NCBI GenBank assembly: GCA_964016885.1 | Contig: OZ024740.1 | Span: 82,336,001-82,400,000 of the forward strand | Source of the DNA: Eledone cirrhosa | Taxonomy: Eukaryota | Direction: 5' to 3' | Length of the DNA: 64,000 nucleotides | Shown: positions 44,772 to 57,400 of the stretch, one piece after another | Position numbering within the stretch: position 1 is the first letter of the stretch | How the letters are laid out: the number at the start of each line of letters is the position of its first letter | Notes under the pieces: model-generated | The model's database searches: none | Seen by the model: the letters and a program-made list of their open reading frames with translations, nothing else | What the model was told of the DNA's origin: nothing | Made by a program: the position numbers and the translations under genes

Positions 44772-47690
44772 GAAAAAGAGATGAAATCGAAAATGCAACT
44801 GGAGTCTTATTTTTTTTTTAAATATATATATTTATTTGGTTCCTTTACCGGTTTCGCAGTTCTTCTGCTTTTCAAAAGGTGAGTTGAGATGGAGGTTCTG
44901 TGGTTTTTCTCACATCTAGTTGGTCTCTGAATGTTACTTGTTTTATATGGAAAAAGTGGCTCGAAATGCCAGGTTTTTCGAGAAGTAATTTGATTGGTTT
45001 GTCAATAATTATAATAAATTTCGCGCCAGTTTGCGTTACAATAGTTCTTCAAATAAGAGGTAGGGGGGTTGTCACAGGTTTTATTTTTGATATATGAGTG
45101 TTTGAATTTCTTTTTACTTGAAAAAAGGAGGCTCACGAAGCCTTTTTTGGGGTTGGTTATAAATGAAATTATGGCTGTCACGTGAACAAATTTTCATTAA
45201 ATTTTTGTGCCCTTATTTAGAAATCCATTCTGTAGCCTTTTTAGAGAATTTTTTGATAAGTGAATGATAATGGTCAAGAGAAAGGGATGGGAGAATTGTT
45301 CTGGTTCAGTGAATATGGTTAGTTCGCTGGGGTGTCAGAATTCAGATTGTCTATTGAATAAAGAAAGTAAAGTAATGTGTGTTTATTTGTGTGCTTGTGT
45401 GTGTATGTGTGTGTGTGTGTTTGAATTTCTTTACTTTAAAAAAAAGGTGGCTCACGAAGGCTTTTTTAATAAACGAGATTTGATTGGTTATAAATGAAAT
45501 GTGACTGTCACGTGAACAAATTTTCATTACATTTTTGCGCCCTTATTTGGAAAACTATTCTGTAGTCTTTATAGCGAATGTTATGACAATTGAAAGATAG
45601 TGGTCAAGAGAAATGGGATTGGGAGAATTGTTCTGGTTCAGTGAATATGGTTAGTTCGCTGGGGTGTCAGAGTTCAGATTTTCTATTGAAGTGAAGATAT
45701 GTATGTTTATTTGTGTGCTTGTGTGTGTGTATGTGTGTGTATGTGTGTGTGTATGTGTGTATTGGAAGATGATTCTATTAGTAGAAATGGGGGAGGGAGT
45801 TGTGTGTTTGTGTATATGGGTGTTATGTGTGTGTGTGCGAGTATGTTAAGATGGAGAGAATATATATTTTGTGTGTGTATATATATGTGTGTAGGAAAGT
45901 GGTTCTATTAGTAGAAATTAGTGTGTATATGGGTATTATGTGTGTGTGTGCGAGTATGTTAAGATGGAGAGAATATATATTTCGTGTGTGTGTATATATA
46001 TATGTGTGTAGGAAAGTGGTTCTATTAGTAGAAATGGTGAGGGAGTTGTGGGTGTGGGGGTTGTTATGTGTGAGTATGGGTGTTATGTGTGTGGGAGTAT
46101 GGTTAGCATGTTAAGATGAAGAGAATATATATATATATATATTGTGTGTGTGTGTATGTGTGTGTGTAGGAAAGTGATTCCTTTAGTAGGAATATTTTTG
46201 AATGAACATATTTTCCTTACTTATTCGTGTTTGCTGTTGTATTGTCAGTGCAAACGTATGTTAAGGTTTATTTAGTTCGCACACACACACACAAGCACAC
46301 AAATAAACACAACATATGTTTACTTTCTTTATTCAATAGAAAATTTGAATTCTGACACCCCAGCGAACTAACCATATTCACTGAACCAGAACAATTCTCC
46401 CATCCCTTTCTCTTGACCATTATCTTTTACTTATCAAAAAATTCTCTAAAAAGGCTACAGAATGGATTTCCAAATAAGGGCACACAAATTTAATGAAAAT
46501 TTGTTCACGTGACAGCCATAATTTCATTTATAACCAACCAAAAAAAACCTTCGTGAGCCTCCTTTTTTCAAGTAAAAAGAAATTCAAACACTCATATATG
46601 AAAAAAACAACCTATGACAACCCCCCATCTTATTTGAAGAACTATTGTAACGCGAACTGGCGCGAAATTTATTATAATTATTGACAAACCAATCAAATTA
46701 CTTCTCGAAAAACCTGGCATTTCGAGCCACTTTTTCCATATAAAACAAGTAACATTCAGAGACCAACCAGATGTGAGATAAACCACAGACCCTCCATCTC
46801 AACTCACCTTTCGAAAAGCAGAAGAACTGCGAAACCGGTAAAGGAACCAAATAAATATATATATTTAAAAAAAAAATAAAACTCCAGTTGCATTTTCGAT
46901 TTCATCTCTTTTTCGTTATACTTTCACTCGTGTAGGACACCTCGGTTATTTTTCATTTTGTAAAAAAAACCTCACTTTCTAATATATACCCACCACCCGA
47001 AGACGGAAAATGCCCCCAAAGTCTCAACAAAACAACAACTCACTGAACCAGGACATTTTAAATAAACTCAAAGAAATTTCCTCTAAACTCTCAATTTTGA
47101 CCAACAAAGTGGACCAAATACACATCTATAAAAAAGGACCCCACGAATAAACAGAAAATACCCAAGAGACGAATATTACTCCAGTATTAACTACGCTAAT
47201 CCAAACCATTGAAACAGCAATGCTCCAAAAGCTGGAACAACCGTTAGAACCCAATCTACGAGATCTCCACTCAGCGAAAAACACCCTAATCAACATGTGG
47301 ACTCAAAAGCGCACAGCCCGCAAATTCGCCCTTTGGAATCTCCTAAATATAATGGCAAGGCAGACATATATGAAAAGTGGCTAAACTCTACCCCAATCAT
47401 CCTCCCAAAAAAACTCCAAATAAAACCCATCCCGAATGAACCAGAAAGCCAACAAATACTTAGGGAAAAGAAGCATTGGAAAAATTTAAAACAGAAATAG
47501 AACTGTTGCGATTAAGAGCCAACTCCAACGAAGAAAAATTCAAGTCACTCGACCAACAGATGGACACAGAAATCTCGAAGCACTCTGAAGGCCTACTCTA
47601 CAAAAAAACCCTAAAACTTTGGAAAGAAAACTGTGAGGATGAAGAACTAACATCCCTCCAGCGATGGGAAAAAACGCCAGAACAATAATA
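44770..47690 (+). mobile_element. Unclassified HHR-bearing element: ~640-bp inverted repeat pair, internal duplications and a downstream degraded ORF
   Basis: 44770-45420 is the rc of ~46280-46915; 45098-45420 is duplicated at ~45418-45740; HHR-like motifs at 44842-44879 (-) and 46807-46844 (+). Confidence 0.6.
47010..47688 (+). pseudogene. Degraded ORF for an unknown helical/coiled-coil protein downstream of an HHR
   Basis: MPPKSQQNN.. through ..WTQKRTARKFALWN..ADIYEKWLNSTPIILPKKLQIKPIPNEPE..FKTEIELLRLRA..LWKENCEDEELTSLQRWEK, with a stop and frameshifts. Confidence 0.5.
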
Positions 47691-47952
47691 TGAGAGACGT
47701 AAAATAAGAAAATTATAAAATTAACTTACTTACTAAAATATCACTTCCCACTAATTAGTTTATGGAATGGAATAAATATATTTTCCGAAGAAAACATGGA
47801 GAATCATTCCGTCGTCAGGGAAGACTATTCTCATCTAAGTATCCAGGCAAAGCGTGGACTCTGGAAACTTATTAAAAAATAATTCAGTGGATAGAAAATA
47901 GCAAAGCGTGGACTGAATTCCTAGCCATTGAGAAAATCACTGCCTCTGCGTC

Positions 47953-48395
47953 GTATATATAATCAATGTTTAGCAAAATGAAAAAGTTTCAAAATAAATT
48001 TTAAAAAATCAACTTTACTCACTTTGGTTACCTTTACTGAATCGGTTTCGAGTCTCAAAAATTAACGGACAGTCCATACTGCATCCGTTGCCTCCCTGCC
48101 TTTGCTTCTATCTTTAGACACGGCACTTGAAGGAATTGCTCCCACATCATTTATTCTCATCTCGGGAACAATTTTGAATAGCGCCATTTCGAAATTTGAA
48201 CTCGAGAATTTTATATTCTCCGATTGAAAAGATCCTTCTGACGAGAGTTTATCTTTGCAACGGATGTTGTATGGACTGTCCGCTTATTTTTGAGATTCGA
48301 AAGCGATTCGGTAAAGGTAACCAAAGTGACTAAAGTTAATTTTTTAAAATTTATTTTGAAACTTTTTCTTATTTGCTAAACCTTGATTATATATG
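47953..48395 (+). mobile_element. Small fold-back element (~135-bp terminal inverted arms) containing a hammerhead
   Basis: 47953-48091 is the rc of 48257-48395; HHR CCTT-CTGACGA..GAAA-GCGATTCGG-TA-AAGG at 48234-48317. Confidence 0.75.
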
Positions 48396-48499
48396 TTCTG
48401 GCTCGTTAATTTATTAACCTGCTATTGAACCACATTGGCATATGTTTGGACAATACATGTTTCCCTCAGCGCTTTGTGCGTATAGGGATATATATACTT

Positions 48500-48530
<31 letters not shown>

Positions 48531-48736
48531 AGTGGTTACACAACAGTTAGTTCACCATACCGAGAACAATTGTTTCACCTTAGCGGATCCTCAGCTCGTA
48601 ATGCGAGCTGAAGATCCGCTAACGTGAAACAATTGTTCTGGGTTTGGTCAACTAACTCTTGTGTAACCACTTCTACCTAACTCGTCCCATGGAATGAGTG
48701 CTCTACCACCACGGATATTACCTTCAAGTGTTCTAC

Positions 48737-48740
<4 letters not shown>
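48531..48740. mobile_element. Palindromic element with two divergently oriented hammerheads, flanked by (TA)n
   Basis: 48561-48598 (-) CGAG-CTGAGGA-TCCGCTAAGGT-GAAA-CAATTG-TT-CTCG and 48604-48641 (+); third copy at ~50465-50585 (-). Confidence 0.78.
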
Positions 48741-48788
<48 letters not shown>

Positions 48789-48799
48789 TTGTATATATT

Positions 48800-48865
<66 letters not shown>

Positions 48866-49175
48866 AATATACATCAGCAAGAATCGCATTTCGGCTATTG
48901 GAAATTATCGAAAAACAACTTACGAAATGTGTGGCAAGCGCTCAATAGAAATGAGTTAACTAGAGCAATAAACATACGTTAAAAGACCAAACACACTGAG
49001 ACGATGGTTAAACCAGTAACCGCAAAACCATGGAAGCGAGCAATCTATTCGCGTCAAATAAATATTAAAATATGATTGGAAAATATAACCGGACCATTGG
49101 AAACGGTGGTAAAATCCAATATGTGCTTTCTGCAACTCCTAAATCAGGTACTGTCTGCTTAAACAAATAATTAAA

Positions 49176-49345
49176 CAAGGCCAGCAATTACCCAGTGCAT
49201 TTCTGGTACTTTATTTTATCGACCCCGTAAGGATGAAAGGCAAATTTAACCTCGGCGGGATTTGCACTCAGAATGGCAAGGGCTTTAACTCTATGCGTTT
49301 AAGCATGACGTCCGACCCTTTACCTATATTGCCCACACCACCGCT
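49176..49345 (-). mobile_element. SINE family A copy
   Basis: rc of the 6815 family. Confidence 0.82.
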
Positions 49346-51089
49346 AATGGCAGGAAGAATACTGCAAATAAAATCATATATGTAATACCAAACCTACTTT
49401 ATCACTTAGACTAACAATGCATGTAAGACAGGTGTCTACAGGTTGGGTGGGGTTCAATGGTTTAAACAAATAATGTTAAGCTTTTAGTATGATGATCGAA
49501 CAAGGAAGTCACTTTTCCAACAGACATTTAGTTCTATGCAAAGCTAAGGAACTGATCGTTATCTGAACCCACGTGGGCGGTCAGAAGGGAGAGAATCCCT
49601 AGTTTTGGCGGATGAATTCAGTATATATATATATATATATATACAGTTCAAGAGTAACCAATCTTAAAGAGAGAGACAGAGATAGGAGAGGAGATAGGAG
49701 AGGAGCGATTGGTGAATTAGTTAGAAGCCAAAGCGTTAAGGCATGAGCTCAATGTGCAATATTGCAGTGGAATGCAGCTAGGTGGCTGGGTTCATGCAGA
49801 CGTTAGGTGCACAGAGCTGGAAATAGTCATTAGTTAAGCAAAACAAGACCACAGATTTCACACGGAAGACATTATTAAAAGATTGTCAACAATCTTTAGT
49901 TTGATGTAAGGAATGTAAAGAAAAATAATAATAATATTAATAATAATAATAATGTCCGTTTACAATTGTTTCGCTACTCCATATAATATTTCTGAATCAA
50001 ATGATTATATATCATTATTGATCTGGTTCAGTTAAAAATAATTAACATAGGTAGAAATAGAGCAGCTCATCGGAACTTCAAAAGGAATATAAATTAAAAT
50101 AAGGAAAGAATGTTACATAAATGTAATGTTCCATATATTGGTATTTCACTATGGTGTCCTGTGTATATCTATTGTCTGCCATAGTCGAGCAGTATTCTTC
50201 TGTCGAGGCTGCATTGTGTGAGATTTGCCTATGGGTAACAGGATGGCCGCCAATGGACATATTTACCTTACTAATTAGAGGGTGGTTTCAGGGGAAGTAA
50301 CTCCTCGAGAGATTATAAATTGTCGGTATTTTATAGTTAAGTGGTAATTTTTTAATTTTTTAATTGAGAGAGAATGTAGGGGAGGTGACTTATAATTATT
50401 TAAGTTACTTATAGCTATTTAACTTATTAGCTTCAAGTAAAAATGGGGCGAGATGACTATGTTGGGTAATATCCGTAGTGGTAGAGCACTCAGTCCATGG
50501 GACGAGTTAGGTAGAAGTGGTTACACAACAGTTAGTTCACCATACCGAGAACAATTGTTTCTCCTTAGCTGATCCTCTGCTCGTACGCCAATTCTTTAAA
50601 GCTGTAGTGTTAACAATGGCAGGGAAAAAAATACTGTGAATAAAAAACTGTGAATACAAACCTTGTTTATTCATTAGACTAACAATGCCTGTAAGACAGG
50701 TCTCTACAGGATGGGTAGGATTCAATGGTTTAAAGAAAACAGAAATTGTTTAGAAGATAATTATTTAAGGCTGGGATAAGGGTGACAAAGTCAGAGAGGA
50801 TTCCATCAACGGATTCAAGTGTTAAGCTAATTCCCCTTATTGTGAAGTTTATTTTAATATATATTCGAGGTGCCGACAAGCACAATCACACACTCGCCCC
50901 CTTACACACGTACACACACATACACGAACGCACACACAGCAAACATTCAGAAAGGTACATACACACATACACCTATACAAATATATACACATATATATAT
51001 ATACACATACATACAAATATGTGTACATACATACGCACACACACACACATATATATATACTGTATATATATATATATGTGTGTATATAT

Positions 51090-51156
<67 letters not shown>

Positions 51157-51171
51157 TCTACATACATACAT

Positions 51172-51244
<73 letters not shown>

Positions 51245-51349
51245 CATATATATACATACATATATATACATATATATACATACATATATATATATACATA
51301 TATATACATACATATATATATATACATATATATACATATATATATATAT

Positions 51350-51886
51350 ATGGTGGCTGCCAACTCGTTTTCGAGTACGGCCACTACTTTATATCCATGT
51401 AGGAGAACCCCTACCGATGCGCTGAACGAGTGTGACTTTTTAGTCCAGCCAGCGTATTGAAAACTCTGGTACAAACACTACACTTGTGACAATTATTGAC
51501 ACATAGTGCTGGGCCCATGGTACCATGTGACGACAAGTGCAGATAGATCTCCAGATATAAAGCAATGCCTGTGCTGTGAAGCTTTTATAGTGAGCAAAGG
51601 CACTGCACAAAGCCAGTCCCACTCTCTTAACCAAGATGATATTAACCAAAAAGAAGAACAAGTCAACATCATTGGATACCATCATGGTCGGGACGTTGGC
51701 GACTAAACTGGCAACCCCACCAAGGTTTCTTGGTGAGGAGGGTGACTTTGGACATCCTGCAGGACTAAAAACAAAACCTGTCAAAGGGCAAAGGAGCTCT
51801 TTAGAGTCAATGGCCATCCAAAATCACTGGGAGAGATGACCCCTTAGCCTTTGTCAAGGCAGAATTCTAGGAGAAGGAAAACTCTG

Positions 51887-51890
<4 letters not shown>
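51350..51890 (+). mobile_element. Non-coding RTE-5'UTR-like repeat between (TA)n tracts
   Basis: High similarity to 17090-17690; related fragment at ~61660-61760. Confidence 0.7.
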
Positions 51891-51933
<43 letters not shown>

Positions 51934-51940
51934 CATATAT

Positions 51941-52056
<116 letters not shown>

Positions 52057-52092
52057 ACATGTATATGTATATATATATATATAGATATATAT

Positions 52093-52195
<103 letters not shown>

Positions 52196-52292
52196 CACGT
52201 ATACATATATATATATATACACATATATACATACACATAGACATTCATACACATATACACACAAACACACACATATATAAACACACACACAC

Positions 52293-52340
<48 letters not shown>

Positions 52341-52384
52341 ATATTAAATAAATGGAAACTATATTTATAAAACCATATTTATTC

Positions 52385-52439
52385 TTTTATCTATATTTCA
52401 AGGGTACCAAAATCTTTGGTACGCTTTCATCAGATAAAA
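52385..52439 (-). ncRNA. Hammerhead-like motif
   Basis: rc TTTTAT-CTGATGA-AAGCGTACCAAAgatTTTGGTACCCTT-GAAA-TATA-G-ATAAAA. Confidence 0.55.
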
Positions 52440-53298
52440 TACAGAGTGTGTTTTATAAATTTTGACATAGCCAAGGAACCTACCTTAACGGTTGAAGTTT
52501 TCCTTGGATAGTGGACTTGGAGACAGATTTTGGAAAATGTTTAATATGAGTATGCAAATGAATATGTAAATGAGGTTGAGGTATATGTTTGAAAAAACGT
52601 TATTTTAGACGCTATAGAGAATTTTGATACGTGTTTGTATTAGTAGGAAAGAAAGAAAAGGAAGAAAAAGGAAAAAAGAAAAGAAGACCTTATATTTACG
52701 TTAATTTTAGGGAAAACATTTGAATATTTACCTATATTATGTATATACTTATATGGAGAATTATGTTTGTAAGTATGTATCTTATTACAATTTTGTAGCA
52801 GATAATATGTATAAATATCTGTATATATTAATAATTGCATATGTATTAGTATCAAAGTGATATAGAAAATTTACAATTATTAGTTGTTTATAAGTTACGG
52901 TGGAAGTTGATTTTCTGTTTTCTGTAAATAAATAGGTATTTCAAATTATGAGATGAGAACAATTTATAGATTTGAATATTTTGTTCAGCATTGAAAATGT
53001 TTTCATAATATTGTTAATTTAGCGAAGTTACATATATAATAAGTTTACACGATTGAGAAGGGAAAGATAACTCCAATTTCTTTGTTAATCAATAAATGTG
53101 AAGAGTTAGTGTGAGATTAATTATTTTAGTCGAAAGATGTGAGAATGTTTGAAAATCAAAAAAGAGGAGATACGTAATGTGCTTGTCTAAGAAACTGTCG
53201 TGAAGAGGATAAATATTTCTAATGTCAGTTAAGGATTATCAATCTACATCTAAAAAATATATCATTAGAGGGTGTCATTAGAAAAATAATAATGTACG

Positions 53299-53396
53299 AA
53301 TTAAAAATTAAAAATTAAAAATTAAAAATTAAAAATTAAAAATTAAAAATTAAAAATTAAAAATTAAAAATTAAAAATTAAAAATTAAAATTAAAA
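53299..53396. repeat. (TTAAAAA)n heptamer array
   Basis: About 13 units read directly. Confidence 0.9.
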
Positions 53397-53654
53397 TGAT
53401 ATATACACATATATATATATAAATATATAACAAAGGAATTGTGGTAAGGAACCAGATGTACGATAACACACCAGAGTACTCAATACTTATGGTAGTAGAG
53501 AGAGAAATAACAAAAAGTATGACCCCGCCGGCAGAGCTCATGCCGTTTCAAAAGCTATTTCTGGAGCAAATGAGAATTTAGTCCAGAAATAGCCGTCGAA
53601 ACGGCTTGAGCTCTGCCGTCGGGGTTATACTTTTTCCTATATAAATATATATAT

Positions 53655-54455
53655 ATATATTTCGTTTCTGAATTTGTTTAGCAAGATTCTTTATCTGAAA
53701 ACGTGTATTGAAACCGATATTGTTATACTTTGGGAGGGTCATGTTGCCAATAAGAAACACACGCACCAGTGCTTTCACTTCAATTTATTATAATAAATTT
53801 ATAAATTTAGGAATTTATAAATTTCCGGTTGGTTGGTTGGTTCCACAACCAGATGGTCGTTTATATATTGTCAAAGTTATTTCGTCACACATTATGTGAC
53901 CTCTTCAGTGACTGAGGATTATTTTCTTTGTTTTTGTGCCTCCCTTTGTTCCGTCCTATGCCATCTTGTTTCTGTGTGTGTTTTGTGTGCTCAGACTGCG
54001 CATGCGCCACATCCGGGTGTCTGCGTGTGTTTATATTCGTTTATTTACATGTTACAGGTTGGTTGTTTGATCTATGTGAGTGTGTGTTTTTATTTTGTCC
54101 TTAATTGTAAGTTGTGATGTTGCTGTTCCACTCATGTTTTCTATTTAATTTTGGTTGTAATTCTTTTATGTTTATTGTATCTGTGATTTTTCTAAACTTT
54201 GCGTCTTTTCTGTGTGTAGATTCAATTTTTATTTCTATGTCCTCTAATTTGCCCTTATGTTCTATTTTTGCATGTTGGTAGAGTACAGATGATTCTTTAC
54301 TATTTTGAAGGTCTCGCCAGTGTTCATTTATACCTTCAGTGTTCATTTATACCTTCAAGATATTAAAGAATCATCTGTACTCTACCAACATGCAAAAATA
54401 GAACATAAGGGTAAATTAGTAAACATAGAAATGAAAATAGAATCTACACACATAA
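53655..54455 (-). mobile_element. PLE 3' fragment (GIY-YIG C-terminus plus pLTR), related to 42330-44462, with fold-back at its 5' end
   Basis: SSVLYQHAKIEHKGKLEDIEIKIES..ELQPKLNRKHEWN; shared pLTR end MTLPKYNNI; 54362-54452 is the rc of ~54210-54299. Confidence 0.85.
53870..53912 (-). ncRNA. Hammerhead ribozyme motif in PLE pLTR
   Basis: rc GTCA-CTGAAGA-G-GTCACAtaatgTGTGAC-GAAA-TAAC-TT-TGAC. Confidence 0.75.
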
Positions 54456-54464
54456 ATCTCACTT

Positions 54465-57400
54465 ATTTAATTTTTACCAAACAGGGGAGATAAAGCTGAC
54501 AGAGCTCTGTTTCGCACTTTTTGGTGCTTTTCAAAGCTAAGTACCCGGACTGTTCGCTGAAAATTCTGAATGTTTGATTCTTATAGAATTCTAGTATTAA
54601 TCAGGAACTGATTATACAGAGCGGTTCCGGTTAAGCAGAAATTGAAAATTAGAATTGGTGCTCTGAAATAGCGATATATATATGAATGTATAAATAGTAT
54701 AATGAGCAATACACTGTATGCTTAAGTAAAAGCATTTCGAAGACTTTACGCTATTGTTTTAGAGTAGTGACAGTCTAACTTACTTGAATCTTGAGCAAAC
54801 AGGGGAACTAAAGCTGACAGAGCTCTGTTTCGCACTTGTTGGTGCTTATCAAAGATAAGTAATCCGACCGTTCGCTGAAAATCATGAATGTTTGATTCTT
54901 ATAGAATTCTAGTAATAATCAGGAACTGATTATACAGAGCGGGTGCCGGTCAAGCAGAAATTGAAAATTAGAATTTGTGCTCTGAAATAGCGATATATAT
55001 ATATGAATGTATATATAGTGTATTTCGCAATACACTGTATGTTTAATTAAAAACATTTCGAAGACGTTATGCTCTTGTTTTAGAGTAGTGACAGTCTCAC
55101 TAACTTTAATTTTCAGCAAACAGGGGACTTAAAGCTGACAGAGCTCTGTTTCGCACTTGTTGGTGCTTATCTAACTAAGTACTCCGCCTGTTTGCTGAAA
55201 ATCATGAATGTTTGATTCTTATAGAATTCTATTAATAATCAGGAAATGATTATACAGAGCGATTGCCGGCCAAGCAGAAATTGAAAATTAGAATTGGTGC
55301 TCTGAAATAGCTATATATATATGAATGTATATATAGTGTATTTTGCAATACACTGTATGATTAATTAAAAGCATTTCGAAGACGTTACGCTATTGTTTTA
55401 GAGTAGTGACAGTCTCACTCACTTTAATTTTCAGCAAACAGGGGACTTAAAGCTGACAGAGATCTGTTTCGCACTTGTTGGTGCTTATCATGCTAAGTAA
55501 TCCGACTGTTCGCTGAAAATCATGAATATTTGATTCTCATAGAATTGTAGTAATAATCAGGAACTGATTATACAGAGCTGTTGCCGGCCAAGCAGAATTT
55601 GAAAATTAGAATTGGTGCTCTGAAATAGCGATATATATATGAATATATATATAGTGTATTTTGCAATACACTGTATGCTTAATTAAAAAGATTTCGAAGA
55701 CCTTACGCTATTGATTTAGAGTAGTGACAGTCTCACTTACTTAATTTTCAGCAAACAGGGGAGATAAAGCTGACAGAACTCTGCTTCGCACTTGTTGGTG
55801 CTTATCAAACTAAGTAATCCGACCGTTCGCTGAAAATCATGAATGTTTGATTCTTATCAAATTTTATTAATAATCAGGAACTGATTATACAGAGCGGTTG
55901 CCGGTCAAGCAGAAATTGAAAATTAGAATTGGTGCTCTGAAATAGCGATAAATATATGAAGATATATATAGTGTATTTTGCAATACACTGTATGCTTAAA
56001 TAAAAACATTTCGAAGACGTTACACTATTGTTTTAAAGTAGTGACAATCTCACTTATTTTATTTTTCAGCAAACAGGGGAGATAAAGCTGACAAAGTTCT
56101 GTTTCGCACTTTTTGGTGCTTATCAAAGCCAAGTACTTCGCATGTTCGCTGAAAATCATGAATATTTGTTTCTTATAGAATTGTAGTAATAATCAGGAAC
56201 TTATTATACAGAGCAGTTACCCGGCAAGCAGAAATCGAAAATTGAATTGGTGCTCTGAAATGGCGATATATATATGAATGTATACATAGTGTAATTAGCA
56301 ATACACTGTATGCTTAAGTAAAAGCATTTCGAAGACCTTATGCTATTGGTTTAATGTAGGGACAGTCTCACTTATTTTAATTGTCAGCAAACAGGGGAGA
56401 TAAAGCTGACAGAACTCTCTTTCTCACTTTTTGCTGCTTTTCAAAGCTAAGTACCCGGAATGTTCACTGAAAATTCTAAAAGTTTGATTCTTATAGAATT
56501 CTAGTAATAATCAGGAACTGATTATACAGAACGGTTGCCGGTCAAGCAGAAATTGAAAATTAGAATTGGTGCTTTGAAATAGCGATATATATATATGAAT
56601 GTATATATAATGTATTTTGCAATACACTCTATGCTCAATTAAAAGCTTTTCGAAGACTTTACGCTATTGTTTTAGAGTAGTGACAGTCTTACTTACTTGA
56701 ATCTTCAGCAAACAGGGGAGATAAACTGACAGAGCTCTGTTTCGCACTATGGGTGCTTATCATGCGTAGTAATCCGCCTGTTCGCTGAAAATCATGAATG
56801 TTTGATTCTTATACAATTGTAGTAATAATCAGGAATAGATAATACAGAGTGGTTGCCGGTCAAGCAGAAATTGAAAATTAGAATTGGTGCTCTGAAATAG
56901 CGATATATATATATGAATATATATTTAGTGTATTTTGCAATACACTGTATGCTTATTTAAAAACATTTCGAAGACTTTACGCTATTGTTTTAGAGTATTG
57001 ACAGGCTCACTTACTTTCATTTTCAGCAAACAGGGGAACTAAAGCTGACAGAGCTCTGTTTCGCACTTTTTGGTGCTTATCAAACTAAGTACTCCGCCAG
57101 TTCGCCGAAAATCATGAATGTTTGTTTCTTATAGAATTGTAGTAATAATCAGGAACTGATTATACAGAGCGGTTGCCGGCCAAGCAGAAATTGAAAATTA
57201 GAATTGGTGCTCTGAAATAGCGATATATATATGAATATATATATAGTATATTCTGCAATACACTCTATGCTTAATTAAAAACATTTCGAAGACGTTACAC
57301 TATTGTTTTAAAGTAGTGACAATCTCACTTACTTTATTTTTAGGCAAACAGGGGAGATAAAGCTGACAGAGCTCTTGTTTGCACTTTTTGGTGCTTATCA

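Noticed and set aside
53299-53396. Telomere-like repeat
   Set aside because: TTAAAAA is not the metazoan TTAGGG; simple repeat
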